Positions 35,524 to 39,421 of a stretch of 39,421 nt of DNA are shown here, piece by piece. Source of the DNA: a virus. Lineage: Duplodnaviria > Caudoviricetes. Made by a program: the position numbers and the translations under genes. The DNA lies in IMG/VR virus record IMGVR_UViG_3300037207_000030, positions 1 through 39,421 of that record, one strand, 5' to 3'. The notes beneath the pieces are model-generated. The model searched no databases, was not told the DNA's origin, and saw only the letters and a list, made by a program, of their open reading frames with translations. Each line of letters begins with the position of its first letter. Within the stretch, counting starts at the first letter, position 1.

Positions 35524-36416
35524 CCGCCAGCGCGGAAGGCCGCGACTACAGCGCCTATCAGGCCCCGCTCACCGCCGCGGACCTGAGCGGCCTTAGCTTC
35601 GCGTTCACCAAGGTCACGAACGGCCTGACGGAAATCGACCCGCACCTGGCCCGCAACTGGGCGGTCCTCGGGTCGTGGGGGAAACCTCGCGGCGGCTACC
35701 ACGAACTCGTCGGATCGGCGTCCGCAACCGCGCAGGGCACCTATTACGTGGATGCGATCAAGGCCAACGGCGGGCTAAGGCCGGGTGACATCCTCGCGGT
35801 CGTCGCGTCCGACTATCCCGGTGTCACCGACGCGGACGTGAAGGCGTGGTGCGACAAGGTCCGGTCCCTCGCCGGCCCGCAGCACCCCATCGTCGCCTAC
35901 ACGGACTTGGACGTCGCCAAGACCCTCGTGGCCACCTCCGGGCACTATGACCTGTGGGTGGCATGGCCTTCCTCTTCTGCGCCCGGCCCGTCCCAGTGGG
36001 CCCCGGCGAAGTGGAAGACCTGGCGTTTCTGGCAGTGGGGGACCGAAGGCGGCGTCGACGCGGACGCTTTCAACGGCACCACGGCGGACCTCGATTCGTG
36101 GATCGCGGGCTACACCGGCTGGACGTTCCCGGAACCTGCCGGCCTGCACGTCGTGAAGCAGACCCGCGACGGTTACACGCTGGTCTGGGAGCCGGTGACC
36201 GGCCCGTCCGGCCAGAAGCCCACCGGGTACAGCGTCTTCACCTATGACGCGGCCGGCGAGCTGGCCAGCCACCAGACGGTCACCGGCACCGGGGCGTCCG
36301 AATACGGGCCCACCGGCAAGGGCCTGCCCGCTGGCCGGTACGAAACGCACCTGTGGGCCAACGGTGCCCCAGCCGGGCCGCCGCACGCCACCATCACCGT
36401 CACGCTGACCCGATAA
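35520..36416 (+). CDS. Endolysin, GH25 muramidase with C-terminal FN3-like domain
   Basis: GRDYSAYQ, FAFTKVTNG, RGGYH, LWVAWP, WRFWQW, VDADAFNGT; C-terminal PAGLHV..YTLVWEPV..GYSV. Confidence 0.85.
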   Translation: MTASAEGRDYSAYQAPLTAADLSGLSFAFTKVTNGLTEIDPHLARNWAVLGSWGKPRGGYHELVGSASATAQGTYYVDAIKANGGLRPGDILAVVASDYPGVTDADVKAWCDKVRSLAGPQHPIVAYTDLDVAKTLVATSGHYDLWVAWPSSSAPGPSQWAPAKWKTWRFWQWGTEGGVDADAFNGTTADLDSWIAGYTGWTFPEPAGLHVVKQTRDGYTLVWEPVTGPSGQKPTGYSVFTYDAAGELASHQTVTGTGASEYGPTGKGLPAGRYETHLWANGAPAGPPHATITVTLTR

Positions 36417-36428
36417 AGACCCGCCCAC

Positions 36429-36459
36429 GCCCCGGCCCGTGCCGGGGCTTTCGCATGCC
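36429..36459 (+). terminator. Hairpin + TTT + CGCATGCC element
   Basis: GCCCCGGC-ccgt-GCCGGGGC-TTTCGCATGCC. Confidence 0.6.
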
Positions 36460-36472
36460 TGGGGGATAGGCC

Positions 36473-36832
36473 ATGTCGCTGACCTACGTCACCATCACCG
36501 GCACCTGGGAAGACGGCTCGGGAGAGCCGCTGAACGGGACCGCGACGTTCACGCCGTCCGCGAGCGTCTACGCCTCCGGTGTGCCCGTGCTCCAGGCAGA
36601 CACCCCCGTCCTCGCGGCGATCACCGGGGGGCAGCTCCTCAGCTCCTCCGGTGGCCCGCTACGGCTCCTGCCGACCGACAGCCCCGTCACCGTCGAGGGC
36701 CTGACGGGCTTCTGGTTCTGGACCGTGCAGATCACCGTGGCCGGCGTCGACCAGGACCCGTGGTCGTTCTTCCTGCCGTCGACACCGGCCACGGTCGACC
36801 TCGGGGCGCTCGTCGGCACTCCCGCCGGCTGA
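36473..36832 (+). CDS. Hypothetical beta-rich protein resembling minor-tail N-terminal domains
   Basis: VTITGTWEDGSGEPLNGTATFTPS...LLPTD...TVDLGAL. Confidence 0.7.
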   Translation: MSLTYVTITGTWEDGSGEPLNGTATFTPSASVYASGVPVLQADTPVLAAITGGQLLSSSGGPLRLLPTDSPVTVEGLTGFWFWTVQITVAGVDQDPWSFFLPSTPATVDLGALVGTPAG

Positions 36833-36884
36833 CACGGCCCCGCTCATCCCGCGTTTCCCGTGACCTGACTCATTCCCGTACCCG

Positions 36885-36922
36885 GCCTCCTGGCGACCGC
36901 CAGGGGGCTTTTCTCATGCCCC
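36885..36922 (+). terminator. Hairpin + TTTT + CTCATGCCCC element
   Basis: GCCTCCTGGCG-ac-CGCCAGGGGGC-TTTTCTCATGCCCC. Confidence 0.6.
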
Positions 36923-36931
36923 GGAGGCATC

Positions 36932-37747
36932 GTGTACGAAGGCGCTACCCCCACGAAGTTCGGTCAGTTCGCAGTCGCGGAGCCGCCGCACTTCGACCGG
37001 ATGCAGCTGCACCGCGGCGAGCCGCTGCGGGAGGTGTCCTGGCCGATGGCGTTCGGGCCGCTCGATCAGGAGGACCTGATCGAGCAGGGCATCTTTACCG
37101 ACAAGATCGTCATGGGCGCCGCGCGGGTCGACGCGCTCGGCTCGTGTACCGCGCAGTCGACCACCGCCCACTACGGGGAGCGGCTGCACGTCGCCGGGAA
37201 GGACCTCACCGCCGCTGGCCTGTCCGCGACAGACCTGACCGGCAACGAGGTGTGGGCGATCCGCTTCTACCACTCGTGCACGTCGCAGACCGGCGACCCG
37301 GCGCAGGAGTGGCCGCCGACTGACTGCGGGTCGACGGGCCTGTACTGCTGCAAGGAGATGCTGGCCCAGAAGCGCATCGCTGACTACAAGACCGCGACCG
37401 GCGCGGCCAACCTGCTGTCCATGCTGCAGGCCGGGAGCGCCATCATGGGCGGCCCGTGGTTCAACTCGTGGATGGCTGTCGACTCGGACGGGTTCGTCGA
37501 CGGTGACGGCAGCCTGGATGCCCTGTATGAGGCGGTCGCGTCCGGTGTCGCTGGCGGCCACGAAACCACCCCGCACACGATCGTCCAGCTGGCCCAGACC
37601 AGCAACGGCATCGAGCTGGACAAGACCATCATCGAGGTGCGCAACTCGTGGTCGACCTCCTTTGGCCTGTCCGGTGATTACCGGGTTCACGCCAGCACTC
37701 TTCAGTTCCTCGCGAGCTATTTTGACTACAAGCAATTTGTGGTCTGA
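36932..37747 (+). CDS. Papain-like (C1-type) cysteine peptidase
   Basis: GGAGG RBS; PLDQ...LGSCT (catalytic Cys), GGHE (His), VRNSWSTSFGLSG (Asn). Confidence 0.85.
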   Translation: MYEGATPTKFGQFAVAEPPHFDRMQLHRGEPLREVSWPMAFGPLDQEDLIEQGIFTDKIVMGAARVDALGSCTAQSTTAHYGERLHVAGKDLTAAGLSATDLTGNEVWAIRFYHSCTSQTGDPAQEWPPTDCGSTGLYCCKEMLAQKRIADYKTATGAANLLSMLQAGSAIMGGPWFNSWMAVDSDGFVDGDGSLDALYEAVASGVAGGHETTPHTIVQLAQTSNGIELDKTIIEVRNSWSTSFGLSGDYRVHASTLQFLASYFDYKQFVV

Positions 37748-37765
37748 CGCAGTAAAATAGGATGC

Positions 37766-38419
37766 GTGGCGACTCCTGAGCGGCTCGAATACCAGCGCCA
37801 ATGGAAAGAACGGAAGCGCCGCGAAGAGGGCATACCCAAACGGGGAGAAAAACCATTCTGTGACAATGGTCACCCACGTACGCCCGAAAACCTATCGGGT
37901 AAGAGCGGTGACTGCAAAGCCTGCGCGAGGGAGCGCATGGCTGCGAAGAGGCGAGAGCAGGGGATCCAGCCTCGCCACCCAGGAGTTACCTGGACTTGTA
38001 GCCACGACCCTGGGACGAACATGAGGTACGTCAAGGGCAAGCCAAAGGGCTGCAAGGCCTGCCATCGAGAGAAGCAACGGACCCGCCCATGCGACGCAGA
38101 GCAAAAGCGCGCCTACGCCCAATCGCACCGGGACGAGATAAACACCCGGAGGCGCGCATGGCGCGCGGTTAACCGTCCAGACGCCGTTGAGTTCATAAAC
38201 GGCGACGATTTGGCGGTCGAATACGCCAGAATCATCGACGGTGATCCGTGCGTCTATTGCGGACGGCCAGGCATCGAGAAAGACCACATCATCGCGGTAG
38301 CAAGCGGCGGGACAGGCGAATGGATCAACCTCGCGCCTATCTGCCGCCGCTGCAACGCGAGCAAGCAGGACCGGGACGTCCTCCGGTTCATGCTGCGACG
38401 TCTCGTCCTGGCCGCCTGA
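37766..38419 (+). CDS. HNH endonuclease
   Basis: Two Zn-finger-like repeats (CDNGH...CKAC; CSH...CKAC) and CVYCG...KDHIIAVASGGTGEWINLAPICRRCNASK. Confidence 0.9.
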   Translation: MATPERLEYQRQWKERKRREEGIPKRGEKPFCDNGHPRTPENLSGKSGDCKACARERMAAKRREQGIQPRHPGVTWTCSHDPGTNMRYVKGKPKGCKACHREKQRTRPCDAEQKRAYAQSHRDEINTRRRAWRAVNRPDAVEFINGDDLAVEYARIIDGDPCVYCGRPGIEKDHIIAVASGGTGEWINLAPICRRCNASKQDRDVLRFMLRRLVLAA

Positions 38420-38479
38420 TAAGGCTTAACCGGACGCGCCACCCCCTGAACGTTCCTGCCCCAGTTGAACGGAGACGAC

Positions 38480-38755
38480 ATGCTGGCATCAATCAAGGCG
38501 GCGCTGGAAAGCGCCAGGGCCGAGCTGGAGAAGCTGGCCGCCGAGGCAACCGGCGAGGCCCGCAAGCAGATCGAGGCCGCGCTGCAGCGCGTCACCGAGG
38601 CCGAGACGCAGATCAAGGGCCTGGTGACCAAGTACGAGCAGGACATCGAGGCCACCGTCGAGGCCGACCTGCCGACCGCGAAGACGGAGCTGGAGTCGCT
38701 GGGCAAGAAGCTCGTCGCCGACGTGCTCGCGATCCTCGCCTCGTCCGGGGTATGA
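38480..38755 (+). CDS. Hypothetical coiled-coil protein
   Basis: GGAG RBS before ATG 38480; amphipathic helical sequence. Confidence 0.7.
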   Translation: MLASIKAALESARAELEKLAAEATGEARKQIEAALQRVTEAETQIKGLVTKYEQDIEATVEADLPTAKTELESLGKKLVADVLAILASSGV

Positions 38756-38901
38756 CCGACCCTGTACCCGAGGACGAACAGTCGCACGATCTGGATCCTG
38801 GGTTTCTCGGTGCCTGGCTGATCGGCATGGCCGCGGTCGCCGCCTACGTGGTGACGTGGCCGGTCCGGAAGGTCATGAGGCTCGTCCGAGGCCGCCGGTA
38901 A
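38752..38901 (+). CDS. Small single-TM protein
   Basis: ATGA coupling; acidic N-terminus, TM, basic C-terminus. Confidence 0.55.
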   Translation: MTDPVPEDEQSHDLDPGFLGAWLIGMAAVAAYVVTWPVRKVMRLVRGRR

Positions 38902-38920
38902 ACCGCCCGGACACACGAAA

Positions 38921-38973
38921 GCGCCCGGCCGCCGGTCCCCATCACGGGACTGGTGGCCGGGCGTCTTTTTTTT
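38921..38973 (+). terminator. Strong intrinsic terminator ending the late operon
   Basis: GCGCCCGGCCGCCGGTCCC-catcac-GGGACTGGTGGCCGGGCGT followed by C and T8; lies between convergent genes. Confidence 0.9.
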
Positions 38974-38979
38974 GCTGCC

Positions 38980-39252
38980 CTACCGCCGCGGTGGCGCTGG
39001 CCGCACGGGCGCGCGTGCGGCTGCCTTCCGCTGGTTCCACTGGGCCATTCCCAGGACAAGCAGGACCCCGGCCAGGCTCCACAAGGCCCACGTCAGGGCG
39101 TAGATATTTATGCCAGCTCCGGCCAGGAGCAGGATGCCGAACAGCAGCAGCCGGACCGCACCCCAGGGCCGCCGGCGCCCGTACTCGTGGTGGCGGTGGC
39201 TCCATTCATCCGTGCTGACCCACAGGGGGCCGACGTCGATGCCTGCTCTCAT
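38980..39252 (-). CDS. Small two-TM membrane protein
   Basis: AGAGGA upstream; hydrophobic LLLFGILLLAGAGINIYALTWALWSLAGVLLVLGM; converges on the terminator. Confidence 0.6.
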   Translation of the reverse strand: MRAGIDVGPLWVSTDEWSHRHHEYGRRRPWGAVRLLLFGILLLAGAGINIYALTWALWSLAGVLLVLGMAQWNQRKAAARAPVRPAPPRR

Positions 39253-39421
39253 TGCCTGTCCTCTGTATACGTAATGCGTCGTTTACACGACACATCGAAC
39301 GAGGACTCTGCGGGCATGGCACAAGGCTAGACGGCGTCCCGGCGCGGGGTCACGCAGACGCACCCGGGGCCCAGCTTGCTGCTCCGAGTTCGCGTCCGGC
39401 GCATCGTCCGCTATCCTTCTC

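Larger units (their letters stand above)
1..38973 (+). mobile_element. Siphovirus-like phage/prophage late (packaging, head, tail, lysis) region; extends beyond the left edge of the window
   Basis: Canonical syntenic order terminase-portal-minor capsid-scaffold-MCP-neck-major tail-chaperone frameshift-tape measure-minor tails-endolysin, with frequent ATGA/GTGA translational coupling. Confidence 0.97.

Noticed and set aside
1077-38916. Many long overlapping or antisense ORFs in the ORF track (e.g. 1493..2389, 9861..10865, 21770..22957, 25182..26402)
   Set aside because: Expected stop-poor shadow frames in high-GC DNA overlapping well-supported phage genes
1-39421. Gene transfer agent, tailocin or contractile injection system
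   Set aside because: Complete head and packaging genes, no sheath or contractile baseplate genes, and morons/HNH mosaicism typical of a temperate siphophage
38974-39421. Prophage right attachment site
   Set aside because: No integrase, tRNA or second copy of a core sequence visible within the window, so it cannot be supported

Overview
High-GC (actinobacterial-type) sequence holding almost the whole late operon of a siphovirus-like phage or prophage on the + strand. The order is: terminase large-subunit 3' end, HNH, portal, a ~4.8 kb cluster of small accessory ORFs, minor capsid, scaffold, major capsid, head-tail joining genes, tail terminator, major tail, tail chaperones with a CCCAAAA -1 frameshift, tape measure with a C-terminal lysozyme domain, distal/minor tail genes, an expanded set of Thr/Ser/Gly-rich tail accessory genes (one with Ig + GH16 domains), and an unusual lysis-region cluster (DUF6424-like, VIT1/CCC1-like, DUF1003-like, GH25 endolysin, papain-like peptidase) ending in a strong terminator at ~38.95 kb. 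Antisense morons interrupt the operon: a membrane-anchored pentapeptide-repeat gene and a tandem pair of ~1.23 kb cassettes encoding exported 7-bladed YVTN beta-propellers with a near-invariant scaffold and hypervariable loops. Other notable patterns are three free-standing HNH genes each next to an apparently recoded end of a neighbouring gene, a recurring hairpin-U-tract-CATGCCC element before key genes, and a tail domain apparently split by an Ig-GH16 insertion. No integrase, RT, tRNA/rRNA or CRISPR array was seen. All family assignments come from motif recognition by eye, not database searches.
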